NCBI GenBank assembly: GCA_965204725.1
Contig: OZ242005.1
Location: forward strand, 5,216,001 to 5,280,000
Origin: Candidatus Latescibacterota bacterium
GTDB lineage: Bacteria; Latescibacterota; UBA2968; UBA8231
Direction of reading: 5' to 3'
Length of the DNA stretch: 64,000 nt
The notes below the pieces were generated by a model, which saw only the letters and a list, made by a program, of their open reading frames with translations, was not told where the DNA came from and did not search any database. The translations under genes were made by a program, and so were the position numbers. This document shows, in pieces, positions 21,348 through 32,734 of this stretch (position 1 is its first letter; every line of letters starts with the position of its first letter).

Positions 21348-21884
21348 CTAACCGGCTAGACGCGCTTGCAGGCGCGCTAGATAGGTGTTCACGCTGCCAT
21401 CGAATACTGTGTCGCCGAGGCGGACGACTGCGCCGCCCCGCAGGCTGGAATCGACTTGGACCGCCAAGCGCACTTTGCGACCGCTGTGGTGCTCTAGACG
21501 CGCTTGGAGGAGCTGGCATTGTTCTGTACTCAACGCCACGGCCGAGCGCACCTCTGCGCCGATTATGCCCTCGCGCTCGGCGAGTTGGTCGAGAAAACTT
21601 CCGAGGGCCGCGCCGATGATCGGGGCGCGGCCCCTAACCGCCATGAGCCGGAGAAAATTCAGGGTCAGCCCCTCAACTTTGCCGCTAAAAAGCTGCCGCA
21701 GGGCCTCGGCTTGCGCTTGACTATCTACCAGCGGGTTGGCCAAAAACTCGGTCAACTCGTCGGACTGGCCTACGGTCGCCAAAAGCCGCTCGACGTCGCG
21801 CTGCACGGCCGCGGTTGCGCCCGTTTCATCGGCGGCCTCCAACAGCGTGGCCGCATAGCGTCGCACTACTTCGGGGGCGTTCAA
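21348..21884 (-). CDS. atpH: ATP synthase delta subunit
   Basis: RRYAATL, NFL..., VDSSLRGG...DGSV; operon position. Confidence 0.93.
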   Translation of the reverse strand: MNAPEVVRRYAATLLEAADETGATAAVQRDVERLLATVGQSDELTEFLANPLVDSQAQAEALRQLFSGKVEGLTLNFLRLMAVRGRAPIIGAALGSFLDQLAEREGIIGAEVRSAVALSTEQCQLLQARLEHHSGRKVRLAVQVDSSLRGGAVVRLGDTVFDGSVNTYLARLQARLAG

Positions 21885-22372
21885 TTGGATTCGGGAATTT
21901 TGGCGATCAAGTCGTCGACGAGGGCGCGGTTTCTCTCATCGTCCAAATTGGCGTCGATCAGGACGCCCGCGGCTTGGACTGCAAGATTGGCCGTATCGCG
22001 GCGCAGCTCGGCGATGGCGGCGCGCTGCTCGCTTTTGATGCTGGTCCGCGCTTGGTCGATCATCCGCTCGGCCTCTTCCCGCGCTTGGGAGACGATGGTC
22101 TGCCGCACGTGGGCCCCCGCCGCACGGGCCTCGGCGACTATTCGCCGCGCCTCTTCATCGGCCGCGGCGAGCTGCTGCCGGTGCTTGTGCAAGACCTCTT
22201 CGGCCTCTTGGCGCGCCCGCTCGGCCTCGGCCAGCGCGTCGCTGATGCGTTGTTCGCGCTCGTCGAGCGCAGCCAAAAGCGGGGGCCAAGCGAATTTTCT
22301 GAGGACGAGGAGCACCACTAAGAAGGTGATGATCGTCCAAATGATGGTCCCTATATGGGGATCGAGTAGCAT
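21881..22372 (-). CDS. atpF: Fo subunit b
   Basis: N-terminal transmembrane helix, KFAWPPL..LDER, coiled coil. Confidence 0.95.
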   Translation of the reverse strand: MLLDPHIGTIIWTIITFLVVLLVLRKFAWPPLLAALDEREQRISDALAEAERARQEAEEVLHKHRQQLAAADEEARRIVAEARAAGAHVRQTIVSQAREEAERMIDQARTSIKSEQRAAIAELRRDTANLAVQAAGVLIDANLDDERNRALVDDLIAKIPESN

Positions 22373-22382
22373 AGGAGTACTG

Positions 22383-22610
22383 CTACTTGGTCAGCACGAT
22401 CAGCAGGCAAAACACCTCGCCGATCAGGGCCACGCCCTCAATCAGGGCGGCGGTCAAGATCATATTGGTGCGGATATCGCCTACGGCTTCGGGTTGACGG
22501 GCGATGCTCTCCATCGCCGCGCCGGCCAAGCGACCGATGCCCAACGCCGCGCCAATCGCGCAAAGCCCCATGCCAATTCCGGCTCCCATGTACGCCAACT
22601 GCATTTCCAT
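22383..22610 (-). CDS. atpE: Fo subunit c
   Basis: GxGxG helix, ARQPE loop, conserved Glu in LIEGVAL; GAGGGAG ribosome-binding site. Confidence 0.96.
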   Translation of the reverse strand: MEMQLAYMGAGIGMGLCAIGAALGIGRLAGAAMESIARQPEAVGDIRTNMILTAALIEGVALIGEVFCLLIVLTK

Positions 22611-22647
22611 ACCAAATACTCCCTCTTGTGAACAGTGTGAAACCCCG

Positions 22648-23478
22648 CTAGTGGTCCGGGTGAGCGGCCATACTAATAAAGACCGTTGATAACAGGGTAA
22701 AGACAAAGGCTTGCACAAATCCCACGAAAATTTCGAGCAGGTAAATCGCCGCTGCAAAGGGCACGGACCCCAAGGCGATCCACTCACTTTGCAGAATGGC
22801 GATCAAACCCAAGAAAACCAAAATCGCCACATGGCCGCCGGTCATATTGGCGAACAGGCGCACGCACAGGGCGAAGGGCTTGACGAATAAACCGATCAAT
22901 TCTACGGGAATTAAAATGATCAAAAGCACCGGCGGTACGCCGGAGGGGACTAAGCTCTTGCAGTAGCCGAGCAATCCATTGTTGGCAATGCCGGCTCCTA
23001 GCATGAGAAAAAAGGAACACAAGGCTAGGCCGGCCGTGACGTTAACATTGCTCGTGGCCGTAGCGCTGTAGGGAACTAGCCCCAGCAAGTTGCAAAATAG
23101 GATGAAAAAGAAGATCGTCAGCAAAAAAGGCAGGTACTTTTTGCCGCCTTCGCCCATGATGGGCAACACGACTTCGTCGCGGAGGAAGACGACGATGGCT
23201 TCAAAGAAATTGGCCAAGCCCGAAGGCACGGCACGCGGCTTGCGAAAGGCCCTGAGCATGAGCGCGATGAGCAGCAGGCTCGCCACCCACATAATTACTA
23301 TGTGCCGGGTGATGGAGAAGTCAATGCCGAAAAGCTCTAGCGAAGGAAGAGGAACTTTGCCGGCAAGCAGGTGATGCGGGTCGACAAAGGGCAATTCGAG
23401 ATGAGGACTATCTACAACATGCCCTATGATGTCCACTTGCCCATTTGCGGCATCTGCCGCCTGCGTATCGCCAGCCAT
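22648..23478 (-). CDS. atpB: Fo subunit a
   Basis: NLLGLVP, KPFALCVRLFANM, VQAFVFTLL. Confidence 0.96.
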   Translation of the reverse strand: MAGDTQAADAANGQVDIIGHVVDSPHLELPFVDPHHLLAGKVPLPSLELFGIDFSITRHIVIMWVASLLLIALMLRAFRKPRAVPSGLANFFEAIVVFLRDEVVLPIMGEGGKKYLPFLLTIFFFILFCNLLGLVPYSATATSNVNVTAGLALCSFFLMLGAGIANNGLLGYCKSLVPSGVPPVLLIILIPVELIGLFVKPFALCVRLFANMTGGHVAILVFLGLIAILQSEWIALGSVPFAAAIYLLEIFVGFVQAFVFTLLSTVFISMAAHPDH

Positions 23479-23542
23479 TTACTGCCTTGTGAAATATGTC
23501 AAATAGGAGGGAAAGGAAAACTGTAGCAGTAACCAACCGAAC

Positions 23543-23571
23543 AAATTAATTCGGCCGCAAATTTCTGTCAA
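23543..23571 (-). promoter_or_regulatory. Internal sigma70-type promoter upstream of atpB
   Basis: TTGACA-17 nt-TAATTT. Confidence 0.55.
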
Positions 23572-23585
23572 CACTTCGCCGGCTT

Positions 23586-23876
23586 TTAGCACTTTGCACG
23601 GCCTTGCAACTTGAGTACGTACAGGATTTCAAAAGCGAGAAAAAGCAAGTACGCGACCACTAATGCGGTAAAGTAACTCGCGGCGTGAACTCCGAGCCAT
23701 TTGAGCGCGAGGGCCGAGAGGACGACCACCACGAGCAACCGCGCGATCATCCCGCCGAAGAAGGCGGTCATAAAGACCTGCATCCCCTTGTTCCACCCCC
23801 AGTGAATCACCGCCAGCGCGAGGACGCCGTTGACCCCGGCAACCACCAAGCCAGCGACGATGCTGTCCCACCTCAC
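23586..23876 (-). CDS. atpI: ATP synthase protein I-like membrane protein
   Basis: Three hydrophobic segments, GGMIARL, position upstream of atpB. Confidence 0.65.
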   Translation of the reverse strand: MRWDSIVAGLVVAGVNGVLALAVIHWGWNKGMQVFMTAFFGGMIARLLVVVVLSALALKWLGVHAASYFTALVVAYLLFLAFEILYVLKLQGRAKC

Positions 23877-24115
23877 CGTCCATCCTCCCGTTTGCGCCGC
23901 TCATCTAAGTCCATCAGGGTCCGATAGAGTTTGTAAAACCCAGCCGCCGCGCCAAACAGGGTGCCCAACAAGAGAAAGAGCGGCGTAGTTGCAAACGTGT
24001 CGTCGAGCCACCACCCGATGGCCACAAAGACTAGGATCGTCGCCGCGAATTGAATCCCCAAGCTGGCGTAAGGGCCGATAGCCGCGTAGGCCCCGGTCTT
24101 TTTTTTGGCGACCAT
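23873..24115 (-). CDS. AtpZ/AtpI-family (ATPase gene 1) protein
   Basis: IGWWLD..F.T.PLFLLLG motif; first gene of the atp cluster. Confidence 0.85.
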   Translation of the reverse strand: MVAKKKTGAYAAIGPYASLGIQFAATILVFVAIGWWLDDTFATTPLFLLLGTLFGAAAGFYKLYRTLMDLDERRKREDGR

Positions 24116-24145
24116 GTTCTGCCCGGAAAAACCGCAAGGGAACGC

Positions 24146-24349
24146 TCAGTTCGTCTCCGCCTCGGCATCCCCGCACGACCCAGGAGCCTGACCACACTCG
24201 CAGAGGGGCTGACCGAGTGCATCGCGCATCGTGTTCAGCCCTCCGCACGAGCCTTGGAGGCGACGATTGCTGAAGATCACGCCGACGGCCATGGCGGCCA
24301 TGACCAAGCCAAAAGCGGCAAAAGCGGCAATAAGCGTACTCATAGTCAT
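24146..24349 (-). CDS. nqrM: Na+-NQR maturation factor NqrM
   Basis: Transmembrane helix, MAVGVIF...LQGSCGGL, additional Cys residues; directly after nqrF. Confidence 0.85.
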   Translation of the reverse strand: MTMSTLIAAFAAFGLVMAAMAVGVIFSNRRLQGSCGGLNTMRDALGQPLCECGQAPGSCGDAEAETN

Positions 24350-24376
24350 TCTGCCTTTCGCACCTGAAGCTCCGAC

Positions 24377-25615
24377 TTAAAACTCGTCGTAGCGGATCAT
24401 TTCCTCTTCAATACCTAAATCGTCGAGCATCGCGAGCACGGCTTGGAGCATTAGCGGTGGGCCGCACATGTAGTACTCGACGTCTTCGGGTGCTAAATGG
24501 TCTTTGAGGTAGTTTTCGTACACCACTTGGTGAATAAAGCCCACATAGCCGTCCCAGTTGTCTTCCGGCCGCGGCTCGGACATAGCGATGTGGAAGGTGA
24601 AGTTGGGAAACTCCGCTTCGATTTTGCGGAAGTGGTCCTCGTAGAAGACCTCGTTGGGATTGCGCGCGCCGTACCAGTAGGACACCTTGCGCCCTGTCCT
24701 GAGCGTGTGGAAAAGGTGGTATAGATGCGACCGCAAAGGCGCCATGCCCGCGCCCCCGCCGATATAGACCATCTCGCGGTCGGTCTCTTGGATGAAAAAT
24801 TCGCCGAAAGGCCCCGACACCGTCACCTTGTCGCCCGGCTTGCGACTGAACACATAAGAAGAGGCGATGCCGGGCGGCACATCCTCCCAGCCGCCCTTTG
24901 CGCGATTGGGCGGCGGGGTGGCGATGCGGATGTTGAGCATGATGATGTTGCCCTCGGCTGGGTGATTGGCCATTGAGTAGGCGCGGAAGACAGGCTCGGC
25001 ATTGACGGCTTTGAAGTCCCAGACCTTGAAGCGGTCCCAATCGGGATGAAAGCGGTCCTCAATCCCCGCAAAGTCCTTAAAGTCGCACTCAAAGGGCGGC
25101 ACTTCGATCTGGATATAGCCGCCGGGCTGAAAATCCAGCGTTTCGCCCTCGGGGAGCTTGACGATAAACTCCTTTATAAAGGTCGCCACGTTGTCGTTGG
25201 AGACGACTTCGCAGTCCCACCTTTTGACCGAGAACACCTCGGGCGGCACCGCTATCTTCAGGTCCTGCTTGACATTGACTTGGCAGGAGAGCCGGACGCC
25301 CTCGTGCGCCTCGCGCTTGGTAATGTGGCTGGTCTCGGTCTGCAAGATGTCGCCACCGCCCTCGTAGATGTGTACCTTGCACTGGGCGCAGGTGCCGCCG
25401 CCGCCGCAGGCCGAAGACACGAAGACTTTGTTGTCGGCCAGCACGTTGAGCAGCTTGCCCCCGGCCGGAACGGAGAGTGCCTTGCTCTCGTCGTCGTTGA
25501 TGAGGATGCGCACATTACCGCTAGGCACCAGCCGGGAGCGGGCCACCAAGATGATGGCCACCAAGGCCAGCACCACGCCAGTGAACATGCCAACACCGGA
25601 AATAACTTCAGTCAT
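24377..25615 (-). CDS. nqrF: Na+-translocating NADH:quinone reductase subunit F
   Basis: [12 protein letters not shown] 2Fe-2S motif, [21 protein letters not shown]. Confidence 0.97.
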   Translation of the reverse strand: MTEVISGVGMFTGVVLALVAIILVARSRLVPSGNVRILINDDESKALSVPAGGKLLNVLADNKVFVSSACGGGGTCAQCKVHIYEGGGDILQTETSHITKREAHEGVRLSCQVNVKQDLKIAVPPEVFSVKRWDCEVVSNDNVATFIKEFIVKLPEGETLDFQPGGYIQIEVPPFECDFKDFAGIEDRFHPDWDRFKVWDFKAVNAEPVFRAYSMANHPAEGNIIMLNIRIATPPPNRAKGGWEDVPPGIASSYVFSRKPGDKVTVSGPFGEFFIQETDREMVYIGGGAGMAPLRSHLYHLFHTLRTGRKVSYWYGARNPNEVFYEDHFRKIEAEFPNFTFHIAMSEPRPEDNWDGYVGFIHQVVYENYLKDHLAPEDVEYYMCGPPLMLQAVLAMLDDLGIEEEMIRYDEF

Positions 25616-25637
25616 CAGATGCTCTTTTCTTTATTTT

Positions 25638-26249
25638 TTAGAGCTGAATACCGGAAAAGGACATAAAGGCCAAAGACATCAGGCCCACCGTAATGAAGGT
25701 AATCCCGAGGCCGCGCAGCCCGGGGGGGACATCGCTGTACTTCATCTTCTCGCGGATGCCCGCCAGCGCGACGATAGCCAGCGCCCAGCCAAAGCCCGAG
25801 CCAAAGCCAAAGACCGCGCTCTCGCCCAAGTTGTAGTCGCGCTCAACCATGAACAGCGAACCGCCCAAAATCGCACAGTTGACGGTAATCAAGGGCAGGA
25901 AAATTCCCAGCGCATTGTAGAGCGCCGGCACGAACTTGTCGAGAAACATCTCGAGGATCTGTACCATGGCGGCGATGATGCCGATGTAGCTAATCAGCCC
26001 CACAAAGGTCAGATCGACCCCACTCAAGCCCGCCCACGCTAGGGCGTCTTCCTTGAGGAGGTGCTGGTAGATTAGGTTGTTGGCTGGGACGGTAACCGTC
26101 TGGACCACGATGACGGCGATCCCAAGCCCAAACGCCGTTTGCACCTCCTTGGATACCGCGAGAAAAGTACACATCCCCAAAAAGAACGCTAGTGCCATGT
26201 TCTCGACGAACACGGACTTCATAAATATGCTCAGATAGGCTTCGACCAT
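25638..26249 (-). CDS. nqrE: Na+-NQR subunit E
   Basis: [27 protein letters not shown]. Confidence 0.97.
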   Translation of the reverse strand: MVEAYLSIFMKSVFVENMALAFFLGMCTFLAVSKEVQTAFGLGIAVIVVQTVTVPANNLIYQHLLKEDALAWAGLSGVDLTFVGLISYIGIIAAMVQILEMFLDKFVPALYNALGIFLPLITVNCAILGGSLFMVERDYNLGESAVFGFGSGFGWALAIVALAGIREKMKYSDVPPGLRGLGITFITVGLMSLAFMSFSGIQL

Positions 26250-26255
26250 GTTTGG

Positions 26256-26879
26256 TTACTCCTCCTCGACCTGCTCGCTCTTCCAAGTCCTGAGTGCCCA
26301 TATAAATAGGCCAATGATGAAAAACGCGCTCGGCGGCAAGAGCATCAGGCCGTTGGGCGCGTACCAACCTCCCTCGGCCGCCAATGCGAACATTTGGACC
26401 CCCCAAAGCGAACCCGACCCGAACAGCTCGCGCAACACGCCGACGACCAGCAAGATGACGCTGTAGCCCAAGGCATTGCCCAAGCCATCGAGAAAGCTCA
26501 GCCCGGGGCCGTTCTGCGAGGCGAAAGCCTCGGCGCGCCCCATGATGATGCAGTTGGTGATAATCAGGCCGACGAAGACCGAGAGCTGTTTGCTGATCTC
26601 AAAGGCATAGGCTCGCAGGAACTGATCGACGATAATCACCAGCGAGGCGATGATGGTCATCTGCACGATGATGCGGATATTGGCTGGGATAAAGTTGCGG
26701 ATCACGCTGACGGCCATGTTGGAACAACAGAGCACAAAAATGACCGCCAAGCACATGGTGATGGTGGTCTCCAACTTGGTCGTCACCGCCAGCGCCGAGC
26801 ATATACCGAGGCTCAGCAGGGCAATGGGATTGGAGTCAAAGAGCGGCCTAAAGAGGACGTCTCTCGGTTTGTCAGCCAT
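26256..26879 (-). CDS. nqrD: Na+-NQR subunit D
   Basis: [26 protein letters not shown]. Confidence 0.97.
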   Translation of the reverse strand: MADKPRDVLFRPLFDSNPIALLSLGICSALAVTTKLETTITMCLAVIFVLCCSNMAVSVIRNFIPANIRIIVQMTIIASLVIIVDQFLRAYAFEISKQLSVFVGLIITNCIIMGRAEAFASQNGPGLSFLDGLGNALGYSVILLVVGVLRELFGSGSLWGVQMFALAAEGGWYAPNGLMLLPPSAFFIIGLFIWALRTWKSEQVEEE

Positions 26880-27671
26880 TTAACGAACTCCTCGTTCTTT
26901 GAGCTTGGCCAGATACGGCCCAAAGGCTTGCGCCCCGAGCCAGTAGCGCAGCATGTCCCGGACGCCGCGCGAAGTAATAGTGGCACCCGACAGCCCATCG
27001 ACCTGATACTGGGCTTCGGGCCGTCCCGAGACGACTTTGCCGCGAATGACTTCAATGCGCACTGCGCCGCTTTCGTCGAAGGCCTTTTTGCCGTCCCAGA
27101 GGGCCTTCCAACTCGGGTTATCGACCTCGCCCCCCAAACCCGGGGTCTCGGCGTGCTCGTAGTACACCAGCCCGCGAATGGTATTGAGGTCTTTGGCATC
27201 GAGGGCCACAAATCCATAGAGCGTTGACCACAGCCCTAAGCCGTGGACGGGCAGGATGACTTTTTTGATCCGGTCCTTTTGCGAGACCAAGTAAACCGAA
27301 GCATGGAGAGCGCGGCGCTTGACGTTGGCAATATCTACATCGGCCGGCACCCGCTCGCTCTGCGCCGGGTCTTTGGCCGCCCGCCGCTGGTCGTAGGCGA
27401 TCGGGTCCACTCCATCGACGTATTCCCCGGTCGCCAGATCGACGACGCGGGGGTTTATGTTATCGTACAACTCCTCAATGCGCTCGCCATGGGCGGCCTC
27501 GCCAGACTTGAGCAGGCCGGCGGCCATTAGAATGTTGCGCTTCTTGTCGAGCGTCTTGTTGATTGCCTGAGTCGGCCGCAGCGACACGGCCGCCGCCGAT
27601 ACCAGCACTGAGCAGACGAGGCACACGCCGAGTGCCACGCCGAATGTTCTACCAACCGAATCGTTAGCCAC
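26880..27671 (-). CDS. nqrC: Na+-NQR subunit C
   Basis: GLGLWS, ETPGLGGE, FMN-attachment motif SGAT(I)T. Confidence 0.96.
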   Translation of the reverse strand: MANDSVGRTFGVALGVCLVCSVLVSAAAVSLRPTQAINKTLDKKRNILMAAGLLKSGEAAHGERIEELYDNINPRVVDLATGEYVDGVDPIAYDQRRAAKDPAQSERVPADVDIANVKRRALHASVYLVSQKDRIKKVILPVHGLGLWSTLYGFVALDAKDLNTIRGLVYYEHAETPGLGGEVDNPSWKALWDGKKAFDESGAVRIEVIRGKVVSGRPEAQYQVDGLSGATITSRGVRDMLRYWLGAQAFGPYLAKLKERGVR

Positions 27672-27685
27672 GTTGTCTATCTCTC

Positions 27686-28903
27686 CTAAGCGCGGACCGC
27701 TGTGCGGGCCAGCCGGCGCTTAATGTTGGCTTGCATTACCACGTGATCGATCGCCGGCGCAAAGACATTGCCAAAGAGAATGGCCAGCATTACGCCTTCG
27801 GGAAAAGCCGGATTGATCACGCGAATCAGCACGGTCATAAAGCCGATAAGGCCCCCGTACGCCCAACGGCCGGCCGGGGTCATGGACGCCGACACCGGGT
27901 CCGTGGCCATATAGACGCAGCCAAAGGCATATCCACCCAGCACCAAATGCCAACTCGCGTCCATCTCGAACATCGGGTTGGTGTCGCTGCCAATCGCGTG
28001 CAACAACTCGGCTCCGACGACGGTCGCCGCCGTCATGCTGACGATGATTTGCCAAGAGCCGACTCTAGTCGCGATGAGGATGGCTGCGCCGATTAAGCAG
28101 GCTAGCGTTGATGTTTCGCCCATGGACCCAGGGATCGCGCCCAAGAAGGCTTGCGTCCAAGTCACCGCGTCGGTAACGGCCGCCATGCCGTCGGCCGCCG
28201 CCGCCCCCAGCGGGGTAGCATGCGTAAAGCCGTCGGCCGCGACCCAGACCGCGTCGCCGGTGATTTCGACCGGATACGCAAAATAGAGGAAGGCCCGGCC
28301 GGTCAGCGCTGGATTGAGAAAGTTTTTGCCGGTGCCGCCGAAGACCTCTTTGCCCAACACCACGCCAAAACTAATGCCAATGGCCACCTGCCACAGTGGA
28401 ATGGTCGGCGGCAGGGTCAAGGGAAAGAGCATGCCCGTGACCAAGAAGCCCTCGTTGATCTCGTGCTTGCGAACCATCGCAAAAAGCCCCTCCCACAGAC
28501 CGCCGACCATGTTGCACACCAAAAAGACTGGAAAGAAATAGAGGAAGCCGTGGAAGATATTGGCCAGCGCGTTGCTCGGATTGTAGCCGATGCCGAGGAT
28601 GTCGATGATTATCCCGCGCCATTCGCCCGTCGTGGTGGCCCCCACCTGCTGCATGGCCAGATTGGTCTGATAACCCGTGTTCCACATGGCCATGAAGATA
28701 CAGGGTACGAGCGCGGCGACGACCGTGATCATGGTGCGCTTGAGGTCAATGCTGTCGCGCACGTGCGTCGGTCCTTCGGTGACGCGACCGGGCGTGTATA
28801 AAAATGTATCGGCGGCCTCGTAGAGAGCGTAGAATTTTTCCAGCCGCCCTCCCTTGTGGAAAAGAGGCTCGGCTTGGTCGAGCAGATCTCGCAACACCTT
28901 CAT
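27686..28903 (-). CDS. nqrB: Na+-NQR subunit B
   Basis: [37 protein letters not shown]. Confidence 0.97.
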   Translation of the reverse strand: MKVLRDLLDQAEPLFHKGGRLEKFYALYEAADTFLYTPGRVTEGPTHVRDSIDLKRTMITVVAALVPCIFMAMWNTGYQTNLAMQQVGATTTGEWRGIIIDILGIGYNPSNALANIFHGFLYFFPVFLVCNMVGGLWEGLFAMVRKHEINEGFLVTGMLFPLTLPPTIPLWQVAIGISFGVVLGKEVFGGTGKNFLNPALTGRAFLYFAYPVEITGDAVWVAADGFTHATPLGAAAADGMAAVTDAVTWTQAFLGAIPGSMGETSTLACLIGAAILIATRVGSWQIIVSMTAATVVGAELLHAIGSDTNPMFEMDASWHLVLGGYAFGCVYMATDPVSASMTPAGRWAYGGLIGFMTVLIRVINPAFPEGVMLAILFGNVFAPAIDHVVMQANIKRRLARTAVRA

Positions 28904-28912
28904 TGAATGCGT

Positions 28913-30259
28913 CTATCCTTCTCTTTCAATGCGCGCCAAATTTCGCCGCAGTATGGGTCCGTATTCGTGCTTGCCGGGGCAGGCGAAAGTACACAGCCCC
29001 AAGTCCTCCTCGTCTAGCTCCAAGCAGCCGAGGGCTTGGGCGCGGTCCGTATCCTCGACGATGAGGGCGCGCAGGAGCAGGGTCGCGAGGATGTCCAACG
29101 GCATCACCTGCTCGTACGAGCCGATCGGCACCATGGCCCGGTCGCTGCCCTCGGTCGAGGTCGTGAAGCCGAAAAGCTGGCTGGGCAGCAGCTTGGAGGC
29201 AAAGACATTCTTGATGGAAAACTTATCGACGCCCGGTTTTTGCCACCCCAGAAACTCGCGCTCGCGGCCTTCGGCGAGCACCGAGACCTGCGCGTGATAG
29301 CGCCCGAGGAAGTCCAAGGGGCCAGCCGCGACGCGACCTGCTAGCACCGACCCGGCAATGACCCGATTCTCGCCCGGCTGGAGCTGTCCGGCGGTCAGCT
29401 CGCTCAGGCAGGCCCCTTGGCGGGTGCGCAACAAACGCGGCTGCTCCACTTGGGGGCCGCCCAAGGCCACGACGCGCTCGGTCCACAACGAGCCGGTGGC
29501 AAAGAGCTTGCCGCAGGCCACCACGTCTTGGTAGCCAATGTGCCAGACCGTTTTGGCCGCTCCGACCGGATCGAGAAAGTGGATGTGGGTGCCGGGCAAT
29601 CCCGCGGGATGCGGGCCGGCAAATTCGACGACTTGGGCCTCGGCGGCCGCGATGCTGACGCCGGGTGCCTTGCACACATAAACTGGCCCCTCGGTGAGCT
29701 TGCCCAGTAGGGTCAGCCCCCGAGCGAAGTCGTCTTCGCTTTCGCGGAGCACGGCTTGGGGGTCGGCCGCGAGGGGATTGGTGTCCATTGCGGTGACGAA
29801 GATCGAGTGCGGCGCGCTAGCGGGCATGGGCACTTTGCTGTAAGGCCGCGTGCGCAGCGCGGCCCAGAGGCCAGACTCAACCAAGGTGTCGCGCACCTGC
29901 TGGCGGCTCAGCTGGTCAGGGGCCGTGCCCACGTGCTGCTCAAAGCGCTCTTCCTCGTCGCCGGCGATCTCAATGACGACCGAGAGCAAGGCGCGTTTGG
30001 TGCCGCGATGGACGCCGATCACTTTGCCGCTCGCCGGCGACGTATAGCGCACGCCTGGGGTTTTCTTATCCTCAAAGAGCAACTGGCCCTTTTTGACCGA
30101 ATCGCCCTCGCTTACGGCCATCGTCGGCCGCAGGTCCATAGAGTCCACCCCCAAGACGGCCACCTTCCCAATCGCCGGACCGTCTTCAATCTCCTGCTTG
30201 GGCGCGCCCGCAATGGGCAGGTCCAAGCCTTTTTTTATGACAATTTTGCTACTGGTCAC
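28913..30259 (-). CDS. nqrA: Na+-NQR subunit A
   Basis: [28 protein letters not shown]; GTG start at 30259 after GGGAGGT. Confidence 0.96.
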   Translation of the reverse strand: MTSSKIVIKKGLDLPIAGAPKQEIEDGPAIGKVAVLGVDSMDLRPTMAVSEGDSVKKGQLLFEDKKTPGVRYTSPASGKVIGVHRGTKRALLSVVIEIAGDEEERFEQHVGTAPDQLSRQQVRDTLVESGLWAALRTRPYSKVPMPASAPHSIFVTAMDTNPLAADPQAVLRESEDDFARGLTLLGKLTEGPVYVCKAPGVSIAAAEAQVVEFAGPHPAGLPGTHIHFLDPVGAAKTVWHIGYQDVVACGKLFATGSLWTERVVALGGPQVEQPRLLRTRQGACLSELTAGQLQPGENRVIAGSVLAGRVAAGPLDFLGRYHAQVSVLAEGREREFLGWQKPGVDKFSIKNVFASKLLPSQLFGFTTSTEGSDRAMVPIGSYEQVMPLDILATLLLRALIVEDTDRAQALGCLELDEEDLGLCTFACPGKHEYGPILRRNLARIEREG

Positions 30260-30490
30260 GTTCACCTCCCGCAAACAGCCTCAAAATAAAAGCCAATGGG
30301 CGCGATGGAGCAAGCCATTTTGCGCGGCAATCGCGCTCCGGCCAAACTTGCCAACCCGGGCAAAACCTCGGACTTTAGACGAGCAGGCTGCCAGACGGAG
30401 CGAACACACGCCCCGCAGTTTGCGCCCCAAGCCGCAGCCGCTCTACCTATATCTTGCTGGTCTGCACCCTAAGCAACGGAGACGCGCCCC

Positions 30491-31489
30491 ATGAGCCTGA
30501 AGGCACCCGCCACGCGCGAGGAAATCGTCGCCCTCTACAAAAGCCCCGTACTCGACCTCGTGTACCACGCCGCGACCGTCCACCGGGCGCACCACGATCC
30601 CCGGCAAGTACAGGTCTGCACCCTGCTTTCGATCAAGACCGGCGGCTGTCCTGAAAATTGCAGCTATTGCTCGCAGTCGGCTCATTTCGATACGGGCCTC
30701 GAACGCCAAGAATTGCTGTCCTTAGCGACCGTGCGTGTGGCCGCCGAGCGCGCGGCCGCGGCCGGCAGTACGCGCTTCTGCATGGGCGCGGCTTGGCGTC
30801 AAGTCCGCGACGGCGCGGAGTTTGACCGCGTGTTGGACATGGTGCGGGCGGTCGCTGCCACCGGCATGGAAGTCTGCTGCACCTTGGGCATGCTCACCGC
30901 CGACCAAGCCCGCCGCTTGCGGGAAGCCGGCCTCCACGCGTACAACCACAACTTGGACACCGGGGAAAACTACTACCCCGAAATCGTCTCCACCCGCACC
31001 TATCGCGACCGCCTCGAAACCCTAGGCCACGTGGGCCGCGCCGGAATATCCGTCTGCTGCGGCGGCATCTTGGGCATGGGCGAGAGCGAAGAGGACCGCA
31101 TTGACTTACTCTGCGCGCTCTTGCAGTTACCCACGCCGCCGGAGTCCATACCGGTCAACTCCTTAGTACCCATCGCCGGTACGCCCCTAGGCGACCGCGA
31201 AAAAGTGTCCGTGTGGGAACTCATTCGCACAATCGCCTGCGCTCGCATCCTCTTTCCTCAAGCCATGGTGCGCCTCTCGGCTGGCCGCGACCAACTCTCA
31301 GTGGCCGAGCAAGCCCTGTGCTTTCTGGCTGGGGCCAATTCCATCTTCTCGGGCGACCGCCTTTTGACTACGCCCCACCCCGGCACCGACGCCGACCAAG
31401 CCCTCTTCGACCTCCTCGGCCTAGAAGCGCGGCCGCCGCAAGGCGCTTCAGAGCGCGTCGATCAGCTCGCAGAGGCAGTCGTAGATTGA
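30491..31489 (+). CDS. bioB: Biotin synthase
   Basis: CPENCSYC radical SAM motif, YNHNLDT, VRLSAGR. Confidence 0.97.
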   Translation: MSLKAPATREEIVALYKSPVLDLVYHAATVHRAHHDPRQVQVCTLLSIKTGGCPENCSYCSQSAHFDTGLERQELLSLATVRVAAERAAAAGSTRFCMGAAWRQVRDGAEFDRVLDMVRAVAATGMEVCCTLGMLTADQARRLREAGLHAYNHNLDTGENYYPEIVSTRTYRDRLETLGHVGRAGISVCCGGILGMGESEEDRIDLLCALLQLPTPPESIPVNSLVPIAGTPLGDREKVSVWELIRTIACARILFPQAMVRLSAGRDQLSVAEQALCFLAGANSIFSGDRLLTTPHPGTDADQALFDLLGLEARPPQGASERVDQLAEAVVD

Positions 31490-32734
31490 AGCTAGCTGAG
31501 GCCGCTCAATGCAGTAGGGCGGCAGCACGTACACGCTATTGCCCAAGGGCCGCAACAGAAATCCCCGCGCCAAAAATCGCTCCCGCAGCAGCGGTCCCAC
31601 CGCGTGCAGGTATCCTTCCTCGCCCTCGGCTACCACATCCGCCGCCACAATCGTACCGCACACCCGCACCCGCTTGAGCCGCTGGTGGCCGAGCAGACGC
31701 GCCGCTTCCTCGCGCTGCCAAGCCGCTAGACGGCGGAAAGGCCCGTTGGCGAGCAGGTCCAGCGAGGCCAGCGCGGCCGCGCATCCCAAGGGATTGGCCG
31801 TGTACGAGTGCCCGTGATAGAAGGCTTTAGCGGGATCGTCGTGATAGAAGGCCGAGAAAATCCGCTCGCTGCACACCGTGACCGCCATGGGCAAAAAGCC
31901 CCCGGTCAGCCCCTTGGCCAAGCAGATGATGTCGGGTTGGGTCGCGGCTTGCTCGCAGGCGAAAAGCGTCCCGGTGCGCCCAAACCCGGTCAGCACCTCG
32001 TCGTAGATGGCCAACACGTCGCCTTGGCGCAAAAGTGCCTGCACGGCCGCGAGAAAGTGCGGGCGGCACATCCGCATGCCCCCAGCGCCCTGTACCAGCG
32101 GCTCGAGTATCATGGCCGCGTACTGGCCGGGCCGGCGCACCAGCAGCTCCTCCAGCCGGGCCAGTGCCCGCTCCTCTTTGGCCTCCACCTCCTCATCGCC
32201 TTCCCAAGTGGCCGGAAAGGGCACGGCGTCTGTCGGAAAGAGCAAGTCGGAAAAAGGGCGCGTAAAAAGCGAGCGTTCCCCCACCGACATCGCCCCGAGC
32301 GTGTCGCCGTGATAGGCCCCCTCCAAGCGCAAAAAGCGCGTGCGCGTGTGCTCGCCTTGGTTGTGCCAAAACTGATAGGCCAGCTTGAGCGCAACCTCCA
32401 CGGCCGTCGAGCCATCGTCCGAGTAGAAAACCCACTTTAGCGGCGCGGGCAGGGCCTCGACCAGCCGCCGGGCTAGCGCTTCGGCCGGGCGATGGGTAAA
32501 TCCGGCCGCGATGACCTGTTCCAGCTCTTGGGCCTGCGCGGCCACGGCCGCGGCGATCTCGGGCTGACCGTGGCCGTGCAAGGTCACCCACCAGCTCGAA
32601 ATGCAGTCGAGGATCTGCCGCCCATCCTCTAGCACTAGCACCGCCCCGCGGCCCGTGCGTACCTGCGGCATCGGCCGTTCCGCCTTCATCTGGGTAAAAG
32701 GCGACCACACGTGGGTAGCAATGCGCTCAGCCAT
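31448..32734 (-). CDS. bioA: Adenosylmethionine-8-amino-7-oxononanoate aminotransferase
   Basis: VWSPFTQM, SSWWVTLHGH, YHGDT, AKGLTGG, HGHSYTANP. Confidence 0.95.
   Translation of the reverse strand: MAERIATHVWSPFTQMKAERPMPQVRTGRGAVLVLEDGRQILDCISSWWVTLHGHGQPEIAAAVAAQAQELEQVIAAGFTHRPAEALARRLVEALPAPLKWVFYSDDGSTAVEVALKLAYQFWHNQGEHTRTRFLRLEGAYHGDTLGAMSVGERSLFTRPFSDLLFPTDAVPFPATWEGDEEVEAKEERALARLEELLVRRPGQYAAMILEPLVQGAGGMRMCRPHFLAAVQALLRQGDVLAIYDEVLTGFGRTGTLFACEQAATQPDIICLAKGLTGGFLPMAVTVCSERIFSAFYHDDPAKAFYHGHSYTANPLGCAAALASLDLLANGPFRRLAAWQREEAARLLGHQRLKRVRVCGTIVAADVVAEGEEGYLHAVGPLLRERFLARGFLLRPLGNSVYVLPPYCIERPQLASIYDCLCELIDAL

Noticed and set aside
21504-22631. Long alternative-frame ORFs (this 375-aa one, 5313-6386, 33089-34081, 59550-60389 and similar)
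   Set aside because: Shadows of well-supported genes in GC-rich DNA, with no recognisable motifs
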